A DNA stretch of 60,072 bases from an uncultured Candidatus Saccharibacteria bacterium (GCA_964442475.1 CAYTZJ010000001.1:1-60072); one strand, 5' to 3'. Counted from the first letter of the stretch, positions 1-6,800 are shown. Numbers and translations are program-made. Notes: generated by a model not told the origin, from the letters alone.

Positions 1-1139
1 GTTCTGGTAGAAATGCGATCAATCACATGATCAACTCGAAAGTTCGGGGTGTAGAGTTTATTGCGATCAACACTGATGCGCAAGATCTTCACAATTCTCT
101 TGCAAAGAAAAAGATTCACATTGGTAAAAATCTAACTCGTGGTCTTGGTACCGGCATGAATCCAGAACTCGGCCGACGTGCAGTGGACGAGGCCCAAGAA
201 GAAGTTCGCGAAGCAATTGCTGGCGCAGACATGGTGTTTATTGCGTGTGGTGCAGGTGGAGGCACAGGTTCTGGTGCTGCGCCTCGAATTGCTCAAATTT
301 CAAAAGAACTTGGAGCTCTTACTGTTGCCGTCATCACAAAACCATTTTTCTTTGAAGGTCTACAACGCATGCGTATTGCCGAACAAGCAATCGAGGAACT
401 CCGAAGTGTTGTTGATGCAATGATTGTTATTCCTAACGATCGACTTTTAAGCATCATTAGTAAAGAAACAACTGCAAAAAGCGCATTTGCGATGTGTGAT
501 GAAGTCTTGCGCCAAGCAGTCGAAGCAATTTCCGATCTTATTACAACTCCAGGTCTCATCAATATCGACTTTGCTGACGTCAAAGCGATTATGGAAAATG
601 CCGGCCCCGCACTTATGGGTATCGGTAGCGCAGCTGGAGAAAAACGAGCTGAGGAAGCAGCAAAAATTGCTATCAATTCCCCTCTTCTTGAACTTTCTAT
701 TGCTGGAGCAAAGGGTGTTCTATTCTCTATCGCGGGTGGTGACGATCTCACCATGTTCGAAATTCAAGACGCTGCAAAAATCATCACAGAATCTGTTGAC
801 CCAAGCGCTAAAATCATATTCGGTACCATTCGAAACGACGGTATGAAAAAGGGTGAGGTTCGAATTACAGTTATTGCGACAGGCTTTCCTGAAAATGCCA
901 TCAGAAAATCAATTTTCCAGGAAACTTCAGGTAGTAAACCTATGGAAAAGAGAGTTGATGACGCTGAAAAGAAAGGAAAAATCTATAACACCATTCCAAC
1001 TCCAAGCACTACCTCTACTCCAGTAAAAACCGAGGATTCACAAACAGAAAAGAAACCCATCCCCGCTCAACCTGACGATATGGATGATGACGAGTGGTCT
1101 GCTGTTCCAGCGTTCTTAAGACGATCTAAGCTTAAGTAG
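1..1139 (+). CDS. ftsZ: Cell division GTPase FtsZ, 5' end cut by window edge
   Basis: ORF 27..1139 stays open in frame back to nt 3 (SGRNAINHMI). Tubulin signature GGGTGSGAAP, NDRLL, and a conserved C-terminal tail DDDEWSAVPAFLRR. Confidence 0.95.
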   Translation, partial: SGRNAINHMINSKVRGVEFIAINTDAQDLHNSLAKKKIHIGKNLTRGLGTGMNPELGRRAVDEAQEEVREAIAGADMVFIACGAGGGTGSGAAPRIAQISKELGALTVAVITKPFFFEGLQRMRIAEQAIEELRSVVDAMIVIPNDRLLSIISKETTAKSAFAMCDEVLRQAVEAISDLITTPGLINIDFADVKAIMENAGPALMGIGSAAGEKRAEEAAKIAINSPLLELSIAGAKGVLFSIAGGDDLTMFEIQDAAKIITESVDPSAKIIFGTIRNDGMKKGEVRITVIATGFPENAIRKSIFQETSGSKPMEKRVDDAEKKGKIYNTIPTPSTTSTPVKTEDSQTEKKPIPAQPDDMDDDEWSAVPAFLRRSKLK

Positions 1140-1241
1140 ACATATTCCAGCGAGCAAAACAATTCGCATGGGCTCTCCATGGGCTCAGAGGCGCCCAAAG
1201 AAATTTCGTTTTGCGGTATGAGATATGTGGTTTAAAATAGA

Positions 1242-2165
1242 ATGATGATTTACGATTTAGCAATTTTAGGTGGCGGACCTGCCGGTGTTGCCGCTGGTGT
1301 ATACGCGTCGAGAAAAAGACTTTCGACCGTTTTTATTACTGCAAATTTTGAAAGTCAAAGCACCGTTTCTGATGATATTCAAAATTGGATCGGAACCATT
1401 TCTATAAGTGGCCAAGAGCTAGCAGAAAGCCTTCAAAAACATCTCGAACATTACGCTGAAGATGTTGTGAAGTTACAGATTGGCGAATATGTAAAAGAAA
1501 TTTCAAAAAAAGATACACACTTCGTCATTATCACAGATAAAGCATCTTACGAGGCTCGTTCTGTCCTTATCGCAACAGGAAGCATTCGACGCAAACTCCA
1601 AATCCCAGGTGCTGCTGAATTTGAAAACAAAGGTCTCACCTACTGTGCTTCGTGTGATGGACCACTTTTTGCAGGTAAAGACGTCCTTGTCGTCGGTGGC
1701 GGCAATGCGGGCTTTGAAACTGCGGCTCAGCTTCTTGCGTACACAAAAAGTGTCACACTCATTCATAAAGACTCAACCTTCAAAGCCGATGCGGTGACGG
1801 TACAAAAAGTCATGTCTCATCCAAACATGAAAGCTCTTACCGACATTGAAAGCGTGAGCATTGCGGGAGACAAATTTGTTACTTCTTACACATTTAAAAA
1901 CAAAAAGACCGGCGAAGAAACAACTCTTCCTGTTCAGGGTGTTTTCGTAGAAATCGGAGCAATGCCAAATACAAGTTTCGCAAAAAATGTTGTTGAAACT
2001 AATCAGTACGGCCAAATCATCGTTGACCCAAAGACACAGATGACCAAAACTTCAGGAATCTGGGCTGCTGGTGACTGTACCGATGGTCTGTACCACCAAA
2101 ACAACATTGCTGCAGGTGATGCGGTAAAGGCGTTGGAGGATATTTATCTATATTTGAAGGCGTAA
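1242..2165 (+). CDS. trxB: Thioredoxin-disulfide reductase-like flavoprotein
   Basis: FAD motif GGGPAG, NAD(P) motif GGGNAG, redox-active CASC in CASCDG, C-terminal GD motif; 307 aa. Confidence 0.85.
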   Translation: MMIYDLAILGGGPAGVAAGVYASRKRLSTVFITANFESQSTVSDDIQNWIGTISISGQELAESLQKHLEHYAEDVVKLQIGEYVKEISKKDTHFVIITDKASYEARSVLIATGSIRRKLQIPGAAEFENKGLTYCASCDGPLFAGKDVLVVGGGNAGFETAAQLLAYTKSVTLIHKDSTFKADAVTVQKVMSHPNMKALTDIESVSIAGDKFVTSYTFKNKKTGEETTLPVQGVFVEIGAMPNTSFAKNVVETNQYGQIIVDPKTQMTKTSGIWAAGDCTDGLYHQNNIAAGDAVKALEDIYLYLKA

Positions 2166-2219
2166 AAATACAAACGATGCCTCACTCGAACAGTCCCCGA
2201 CTGTTCTCGCGGATCATTG

Positions 2220-2292
2220 TGGGCGATAGAGGACTCGAACCTCTGGCATCAACAACGTCAATGTTGCGCTCTACCAACTGAGCTAATCGCCC
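2220..2292 (-). tRNA. tRNA-Val (anticodon GAC)
   Basis: Reverse complement folds as a cloverleaf: GGGCGAT acceptor, AGCTCAGTTGGTAGAGC D arm, anticodon loop TTGACGT, GGTTCGAGTCC T arm. CCA is not encoded. Confidence 0.9.
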
Positions 2293-2372
2293 TTATTCCG
2301 ATGTCTAAGTCTACCAAAACAGCTAATCGCCCTTATTCCGATGTCTAAGTCTACCAAAACAGCTAATCGCCC
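2281..2372. repeat. 40-bp tandem repeat (2.3 copies) built from the tRNA-Val 5' fragment plus leader
   Basis: 2281-2320 is identical to 2321-2360, followed by a 12-nt partial copy. Each unit holds the first ~23 nt of tRNA-Val and a 17-nt upstream leader. Confidence 0.95.
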
Positions 2373-2486
2373 GATAAACCTTGCCGATTCTAACAGAAAA
2401 AACGATTTATTTAAATACTAAGTCCATAGACTTTGTGCTAATCTATTTCTCAGGAAAAGTACACAAACAAAAGAAAGGAATTCCGA

Positions 2487-3050
2487 ATGTTTGACCCAAT
2501 TGTCTTGATGGCGATTTCTAAATCTAATGAAATCGCAGACTTAATGCTAGTTGCCAGAGAACTCAACAATCAACGCTCAGTCGCCGCAACTGGAACCCTA
2601 TTTGGGAAACCAGAGCTGCCCAAAAGCATCGCACGCGTCATTGGTGTACATCACGACACATCAGAAGAAGAAATTCTCAAGTTTCTGAGCAAAGAAACGA
2701 CTATTTTGATTTTGGGAATTGACGAAACCAATCAAAACCTGACGCCGTTTTTGGTAATAGCGGAAAGAGCAAAATTGTTAGACATTCCCGTGTGCATCTA
2801 CAGCGCAGATCCAGTATTCCACACCAAGTTCGATGCCACATCGCCTGATCTGCAAAGCTTCAGAACATGTATCTCGTGTTGTTTTTGGTCAGGTGAATGT
2901 CCTAACACCAAAACAAGAATACAAGGAATTTTCAAAGATGCAGGAGTGATTTCTGGCTGCAATGTCAAACGTAATCCCAACGGAGCACAGTCAATCGCTC
3001 GACACATAGAAGAAATGTGGCTTTCTCATGTGGCACGCAAATGCCAATAA
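2487..3050 (+). CDS. Hypothetical protein, Cys-rich C-terminal part
   Basis: 187-aa ORF followed by a strong terminator. No family recognised by eye. Confidence 0.5.
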   Translation: MFDPIVLMAISKSNEIADLMLVARELNNQRSVAATGTLFGKPELPKSIARVIGVHHDTSEEEILKFLSKETTILILGIDETNQNLTPFLVIAERAKLLDIPVCIYSADPVFHTKFDATSPDLQSFRTCISCCFWSGECPNTKTRIQGIFKDAGVISGCNVKRNPNGAQSIARHIEEMWLSHVARKCQ

Positions 3051-3089
3051 GCCAAAACACCAAAAGGAATTCGACAAACAAAACAAAAA

Positions 3090-3119
3090 GAGACGGTTCA
3101 AGCCCGTCTCTTTTCTTTT
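3090..3119. terminator. Bidirectional intrinsic terminator
   Basis: GAGACGG / CCGTCTC stem with A-run upstream and T-run downstream, between convergent ORFs 2487..3050 (+) and 3170..3589 (-). Confidence 0.8.
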
Positions 3120-3169
3120 ATTAATACACTTATTCCCAATTGCTAATGCTTAAAAATGTTTCGCAACAA

Positions 3170-3589
3170 CTACCTCCATGAACCAAGAATAAAGCCAAAA
3201 ACAACAAATAATACAAGTTGGTATCCTGCACCGATAAGAAACAAGGTCCATTTATCTTTTTTGGACTTGTTGCTCCACATATAAAGCCCAGCCATAGTTG
3301 GAATAACAAAACCAGCCCAAATCCAAAGGGCATTTGTTACACCACTCGCTTCTTTCCATCCGAGAATATAGTGAACAAGTACATACACCTGAAAAAGTAC
3401 CAAAATAAACTGAGAGACATACATCTTCCACATTCCCTTCATCGCTTCCTTCATGGCCGCTGGGTCGGTTGGCATAACAAAACCCATAGCTTGCATAAAT
3501 TTTTTACCAAACAATGGACCGTGCCACACATGTCCAATAACCATTGCCAAAACCGCACATACTAAAACTGCCCAGTAGTTAATATCCAT
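3170..3589 (-). CDS. DUF1761-family membrane protein
   Basis: 139 aa, four predicted TM helices. The N-terminal W-HGPLFGK-F motif is typical of DUF1761 as recalled. Confidence 0.6.
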   Translation of the reverse strand: MDINYWAVLVCAVLAMVIGHVWHGPLFGKKFMQAMGFVMPTDPAAMKEAMKGMWKMYVSQFILVLFQVYVLVHYILGWKEASGVTNALWIWAGFVIPTMAGLYMWSNKSKKDKWTLFLIGAGYQLVLFVVFGFILGSWR

Positions 3590-3594
3590 AGTAC

Positions 3595-3969
3595 TTATAA
3601 CTTAATTATTTTTCTTACTAAAATACTATACTCATCACCCTGTCTTACACCTTGAACTGTCACGGTATGATTCGCAAACGGAAACGCCGGAACAGCTGCC
3701 ATTGATTTACATGGAACAATTTTTACACCCTCAGCACATTGGCTATATTCATCAAAAACAAGTGCATAACCAATCTTTGATTCTTTATTTTGAATAGTGC
3801 CATCAGATTCTTTGTACTGTTTCCACAAACTTGCAGCTTTAGTGTTTGCGGGACCACTAAAAATAAGTGTTCCTTTTTCACTAAATCTGTTTTTTATTGC
3901 ATGAACGTACGCAAACGTACCGATAATAGCTACAACTAATAAAAAACCGGCAGTTTTTTGCTTGCTCAT
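3595..3969 (-). CDS. Small membrane-anchored hypothetical protein
   Basis: ORF 3595..4107 is trimmed to Met47 (ATG at 3969) because the upstream part overlaps tRNA-Ser. N-terminal TM helix FLLVVAIIGTFAYV. Confidence 0.55.
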   Translation of the reverse strand: MSKQKTAGFLLVVAIIGTFAYVHAIKNRFSEKGTLIFSGPANTKAASLWKQYKESDGTIQNKESKIGYALVFDEYSQCAEGVKIVPCKSMAAVPAFPFANHTVTVQGVRQGDEYSILVRKIIKL

Positions 3970-3996
3970 GGCTAAATTATAGCAAGCTTTTAAGAG

Positions 3997-4083
3997 CGGA
4001 AGTGAGAGGATTCGAACCCCTGATGCCCTTTCGAGCATGCCGCTTTTCGAAAGCGGTGCATTCGACCACTCTGCCACACTTCC
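3997..4083 (-). tRNA. tRNA-Ser (anticodon CGA), long variable arm
   Basis: Reverse complement GGAAGTG...CCGCT TTCGAAA AGCGG, then a long variable arm and GGTTCGAATCC T arm. Confidence 0.9.
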
Positions 4084-4156
4084 ATGGGTCAAGATCAAAA
4101 TATACACTAATTTTTACAGATTTATCAAAAAATGATAGACTTCTTCTCGTTCTTAT

Positions 4157-4200
4157 GACCCTATCATCTATCGATTAGGAGTTTTCCCTCTAACAAGAGT
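4157..4200 (+). pseudogene. Degenerate copy of the 5' half of tRNA-Glu
   Basis: GACCCTATCATCTATCGATTAGGAG matches the first 25 nt of the tRNA-Glu 79 nt downstream with 4 mismatches. Weaker similarity continues towards the anticodon loop. No 3' half is present. Confidence 0.7.
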
Positions 4201-4235
4201 AGAATCGATGGGGCTTAGAATTTAAAGCAAATATT

Positions 4236-4307
4236 GGCCCTATCGTCTATCGGTTAGGACAGTGCCCTTTCAAGGCGCAAAGCTGGGTTCGACTCCCAGT
4301 AGGGTCA
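4236..4307 (+). tRNA. tRNA-Glu (anticodon TTC)
   Basis: Cloverleaf GGCCCTA...GTGCC CTTTCAA GGCGC...CTGGG TTCGACT CCCAG TAGGGTC A. Confidence 0.9.
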
Positions 4308-4317
4308 CACGAGAGAA

Positions 4318-4342
4318 AAACCCAGCCAATGCTGGGTTTTTC
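4318..4342 (+). terminator. Intrinsic terminator after tRNA-Glu
   Basis: CCCAGC caat GCTGGG hairpin followed by TTTTT. Confidence 0.8.
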
Positions 4343-4470
4343 AATACGTGGGACGGCCGGAGGCATGTTTTGCCAGTTGGCAAAACAGCCGAGGCGGGGT
4401 CGAGGAAATTTGCGAGTGACGACGAGCAAATTATCCGTGACCACATGAATTTTTTAGTTATAATTACTCG

Positions 4471-5001
4471 ATGTTCACAATTAATACCCCTAAAACAGAC
4501 CAGGATATTAAAGAAATTCAGGAAGTCTTTTTTCAGACTTGGATGGTCACGTATCCAAATAAAGAACACGGGATAACCAAAGAAGATATCAAAGAAAAGT
4601 TCAAAGATCGATTTTCTTCTGAAACAATTCAAAAAAGAAAAGAGAGTTTAATGAATCCAGCAAAAGAACACCAGTTTTTTGTTGCTCGAGATGAAGAAAA
4701 AATAATTGGAGTATGCAGAGTCACCCTTCATGATGACAAAAACCAACTTCAGGCAATCTACGTGCTACCCGAATATCAAGGAAAAGGAGCTGGGTATTTA
4801 TTGTGGCAAAAAGCTCAAGAATATTTTAATCCTAAAAAACCAACCGTTGTTCAAGTTGCAACTTATAATACGCAAGCTATTAATTTTTATAAAAAATTGG
4901 GATTTATAGACAACGGTAAACGATTCACCGAAGAGAGACACAGAATGCCCATAAGCCAATCACTCATTCCAGAAATGGAAATGGTGCTTAGTCCAAAATA
5001 G
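4471..5001 (+). CDS. GNAT-family N-acetyltransferase
   Basis: Acetyl-CoA binding motif YQGKGAG followed by INFYKKLGF; 176 aa. Confidence 0.8.
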   Translation: MFTINTPKTDQDIKEIQEVFFQTWMVTYPNKEHGITKEDIKEKFKDRFSSETIQKRKESLMNPAKEHQFFVARDEEKIIGVCRVTLHDDKNQLQAIYVLPEYQGKGAGYLLWQKAQEYFNPKKPTVVQVATYNTQAINFYKKLGFIDNGKRFTEERHRMPISQSLIPEMEMVLSPK

Positions 5002-5017
5002 GGTTAATATAAAATGC

Positions 5018-5332
5018 ATGGTTACACAAGAGCTCAAAAATTTCGTTAACTTTATCCGCACACAGAGCGTTGTTGGTCTTGCTGTTGGTTTCATTCTCGG
5101 TAAAGCAATTTCAGACCTCGTTGCCTCGCTCGTAAACGACATCATCAATCCCATTATCGGGCTTGCTCTTTATCGTTTAGGTGATTTGAACGAGCTTGTA
5201 CTTCACATTGGCAATTCAACTATTTCATATGGAAAATTCATTAGCATTTTAATTAATTTTATTATTGTTGCCGCTGTTGTTTATTTTGGAATTACAAAAA
5301 TAATTGGAAAAATCGACAAACCAAAAAACTAG
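5018..5332 (+). CDS. mscL: Large-conductance mechanosensitive channel, short form
   Basis: N-terminal FVNFIRTQSVVGLAVGFILG plus ...DIINPIIG motif and two TM helices. Confidence 0.8.
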   Translation: MVTQELKNFVNFIRTQSVVGLAVGFILGKAISDLVASLVNDIINPIIGLALYRLGDLNELVLHIGNSTISYGKFISILINFIIVAAVVYFGITKIIGKIDKPKN

Positions 5333-5374
5333 TTTATATACTTGACTTTTTTTGTTTTATTGTATAGGCTATAG

Positions 5375-5538
5375 GCAGGATAGTTCTTTTGAAAGGGTTG
5401 AGAGGGCGTGAGGAAGCGGTTTCCAGGTTTCCGATCAGTTTTTACAACTGTTCACTCACAACCACCCCTTCCTTCGCCCTCTCATTCTCCCTTTCATCGT
5501 TCTCATCCCACGCATCCAATCGGATGCGTTTCTTTTTT
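5375..5538 (+). ncRNA. Candidate structured small RNA 1 (long purine/pyrimidine rod plus terminator)
   Basis: TTGACT at 5342-5347 lies upstream. Arm 5391-5419 pairs with 5465-5495 for about 25 bp. Terminator ACGCATCC/GGATGCGT at 5510-5529 is followed by a T-run. ORF 5389..5601 here looks non-coding. Confidence 0.5.
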
Positions 5539-5564
5539 GACAAGAAACACATTTGCTATATATT
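5537..5564 (+). promoter_or_regulatory. Sigma70-like promoter (TTGACA-16-TATATT)
   Basis: TTGACA 5537-5542, TATATT 5559-5564. The -35 box is fused to the preceding terminator T-run. Confidence 0.55.
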
Positions 5565-5570
5565 AGTGAA

Positions 5571-5671
5571 AGACAGGAGAAGTATTATTTTATATTCATG
5601 AGTAGCTACGTGCCGCGACTCGTTGTTGCGGTTTCAAGGACCATACCGACGGCTCGGTATGGTCCTTTTTT
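5571..5671 (+). ncRNA. Candidate small RNA 2
   Basis: Bounded by the promoter at 5537-5564 and the terminator GGACCATACCGA/TCGGTATGGTCC (5638-5665) plus a T-run. Confidence 0.45.
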
Positions 5672-5698
5672 GACAAAAAATGAATAAAGTAATATAAT
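5670..5698 (+). promoter_or_regulatory. Consensus sigma70-like promoter (TTGACA-17-TATAAT)
   Basis: TTGACA 5670-5675, 17-nt spacer, TATAAT 5693-5698. The -35 box is again fused to the upstream terminator T-run. Confidence 0.65.
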
Positions 5699-5704
5699 GG
5701 TAGT

Positions 5705-5790
5705 AGATTCATTTTGCCTTTCTTGGCCTGCGAGGCGCGCTTCCCTCGCAGACACCGACCGCGCCCGAGGTACAACGGGCGCGGTTTTTT
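5705..5790 (+). ncRNA. Candidate small RNA 3 (two GC-rich hairpins)
   Basis: Hairpin CTGCGAGG/CCTCGCAG (5728-5751) and terminator CCGCGCCCG/CGGGCGCGG (5758-5783) plus T6. Confidence 0.45.
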
Positions 5791-5862
5791 ATTTACATTT
5801 TGGATATGTTATACTCTGCTCACTAATCTCCATCTTAAAGGAGACAAATTTAAATAAATCAC

Positions 5863-6105
5863 ATGAAAAAAGTACAAATTTACTCAACACCAGTTTGTAA
5901 ATACTGCAAGCTTGCAAAAGAATACTTCAGTGCAAACAATATCCCCTACGAAGAATTTGATGTGGCTACAGACGTTCAAAGGCGTCAAGAAATGATCGAC
6001 AAAAGTGGCCAAATGGGTGTGCCAGTCATTGTTATTGGTGATTCTGATCTTGTTGTTGGTTTCAACAAACCAGTGATTGCAAACCTTCTCGGTTTACCGG
6101 CGTAG
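5863..6105 (+). CDS. Glutaredoxin-like (NrdH/YruB-type) small redox protein
   Basis: 80 aa, CKYC active site near the N-terminus, GVPVI motif. Extended -10 TGtTATACT at 5807-5815. Confidence 0.8.
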   Translation: MKKVQIYSTPVCKYCKLAKEYFSANNIPYEEFDVATDVQRRQEMIDKSGQMGVPVIVIGDSDLVVGFNKPVIANLLGLPA

Positions 6106-6193
6106 ATAAAACTCAAAGGTCTTATCTAGACTCAGGTTCAACATATTACAAAAGAAGAATCAATGAAATTTGGCATTAACCTTGCCAAAACAA

Positions 6194-6265
6194 GCCGCCG
6201 TAGTTCAATGGATAGAACAACCCCGTCCTAAGGGGTAAATGTTGGTTCGATTCCAACTGGTGGCA
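6194..6265 (+). tRNA. tRNA-Arg (anticodon CCT)
   Basis: Cloverleaf GCCGCCG...ACCCC GTCCTAA GGGGT...GTTGG TTCGATT CCAAC TGGTGGC A. Confidence 0.85.
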
Positions 6266-6307
6266 CAAAAGATGGCACAATAAGCCTTATTTTGCTAGAA
6301 TTGCCCA

Positions 6308-6565
6308 ATGGATTTTCACGATAAGGAGTTTTTTGACAAGTTAATGTCGCTTACAGAAGAAAACAATCGAATGCTTCGTCATATTCGAAGATCGGCTTTT
6401 TGAGCGGGTATTACACGTACTGTGTACTGGTTAATTTTAATTGGTATTTCAGTTGGCACATATTATTATGTCCAGCCATACGTTGAACAACTCATCGCAA
6501 CATATCATGCCACCCAAGAAGCAACAACAAAAATCCAAGGTATCGTAAATCCGTTTCAGAGATAG
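6308..6565 (+). pseudogene. Small membrane-protein ORF interrupted by a single in-frame TGA (6401-6403)
   Basis: Hand translation gives MDFHDKEFFDKLMSLTEENNRMLRHIRRSAF*AGITRTVYWLILIGISVGTYYYVQPYVEQLIATYHATQEATTKIQGIVNPFQR. The frame is coherent across the TGA and a clear TM helix follows it. Confidence 0.5.
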
Positions 6566-6602
6566 TCGTATTGTTCCAAATTAACATCGAAAACGAGTAA
6601 AC

Positions 6603-6626
6603 GCCGAGATAGCCGTTTTGGTAGAT
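6603..6626 (+). pseudogene. Partial copy of the tRNA-Phe 5' end
   Basis: GCCGAGATAGCCGTTTTGGTAGAT versus genuine GCCGAGATAGCTCAGTTGGTAGAG, located 73 nt downstream. Confidence 0.75.
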
Positions 6627-6675
6627 AACATCAAGTCACCACAAACATAAATATTGGCAGTAACTTTAAAATAAC

Positions 6676-6748
6676 GCCGAGATAGCTCAGTTGGTAGAGC
6701 ATTTCCCTGAAGAGGAAGGGGTCGCCGGTTCGAGCCCGGCTCTCGGCA
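6676..6748 (+). tRNA. tRNA-Phe (anticodon GAA)
   Basis: Cloverleaf GCCGAGA...TTTCC CTGAAGA GGAAG...GCCGG TTCGAGC CCGGC TCTCGGC A. Confidence 0.9.
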
Positions 6749-6771
6749 CAGTGTAGACAAATACAACCTAA

Positions 6772-6798
6772 CAAAACCCCCTAAGTAGGGGGTTTTTA
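6772..6798. terminator. Bidirectional intrinsic terminator
   Basis: AAACCCCC taagta GGGGGTTT with flanking A and T runs, between tRNA-Phe (+) and the hsp20 gene (-). Confidence 0.8.
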
Positions 6799-6800
6799 CA

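Noticed and set aside
293-754. Antisense or out-of-frame ORFs nested in recognised genes (for example 178..423, 293..754, 487..846 inside ftsZ, and many similar ones elsewhere)
   Set aside because: They are fully contained in strongly supported genes on the other frame or strand, and their translations are low-complexity.
2281-2372. The 40-bp tandem repeat, and the 96-bp one at 57920-58151, as possible CRISPR arrays
   Set aside because: The spacers between repeats are identical to each other, the units are tRNA-derived, copy number is only 2-3, and no cas genes are present.
3970-4107. N-terminal extension of ORF 3595..4107
   Set aside because: It overlaps tRNA-Ser(CGA) on the same strand. 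The internal Met at 3969 is followed directly by a TM helix.
4247-4632. ORFs 4247..4444 (-), 4262..4576 (+) and 4270..4632 (-)
   Set aside because: They overlap tRNA-Glu, its terminator and the start of the GNAT gene, and show no coding signal.
5375-5538. Small RNA unit 1 as SRP RNA, 6S RNA or tmRNA
   Set aside because: There is no GGAA-tetraloop/AGCA helix-8 signature, no tRNA-like end, and it is too short and too fully paired for a typical 6S central bubble. It is left unassigned.
5389-5900. ORFs 5389..5601 and 5697..5900 (+)
   Set aside because: They span promoter and terminator elements, have low-complexity translations and lack start context. The region is better explained as small RNA units.
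6401-6403. Genome-wide UGA reassignment (code 4 or code 25) as the explanation for the in-frame TGA
   Set aside because: All long ORFs are intact under the standard code, and TGA ends at least two host genes (7259, 53748). A global recoding is therefore not supported from this window.
6581-6766. ORF 6581..6766 (-)
   Set aside because: It is antisense to tRNA-Phe and its upstream fragment.
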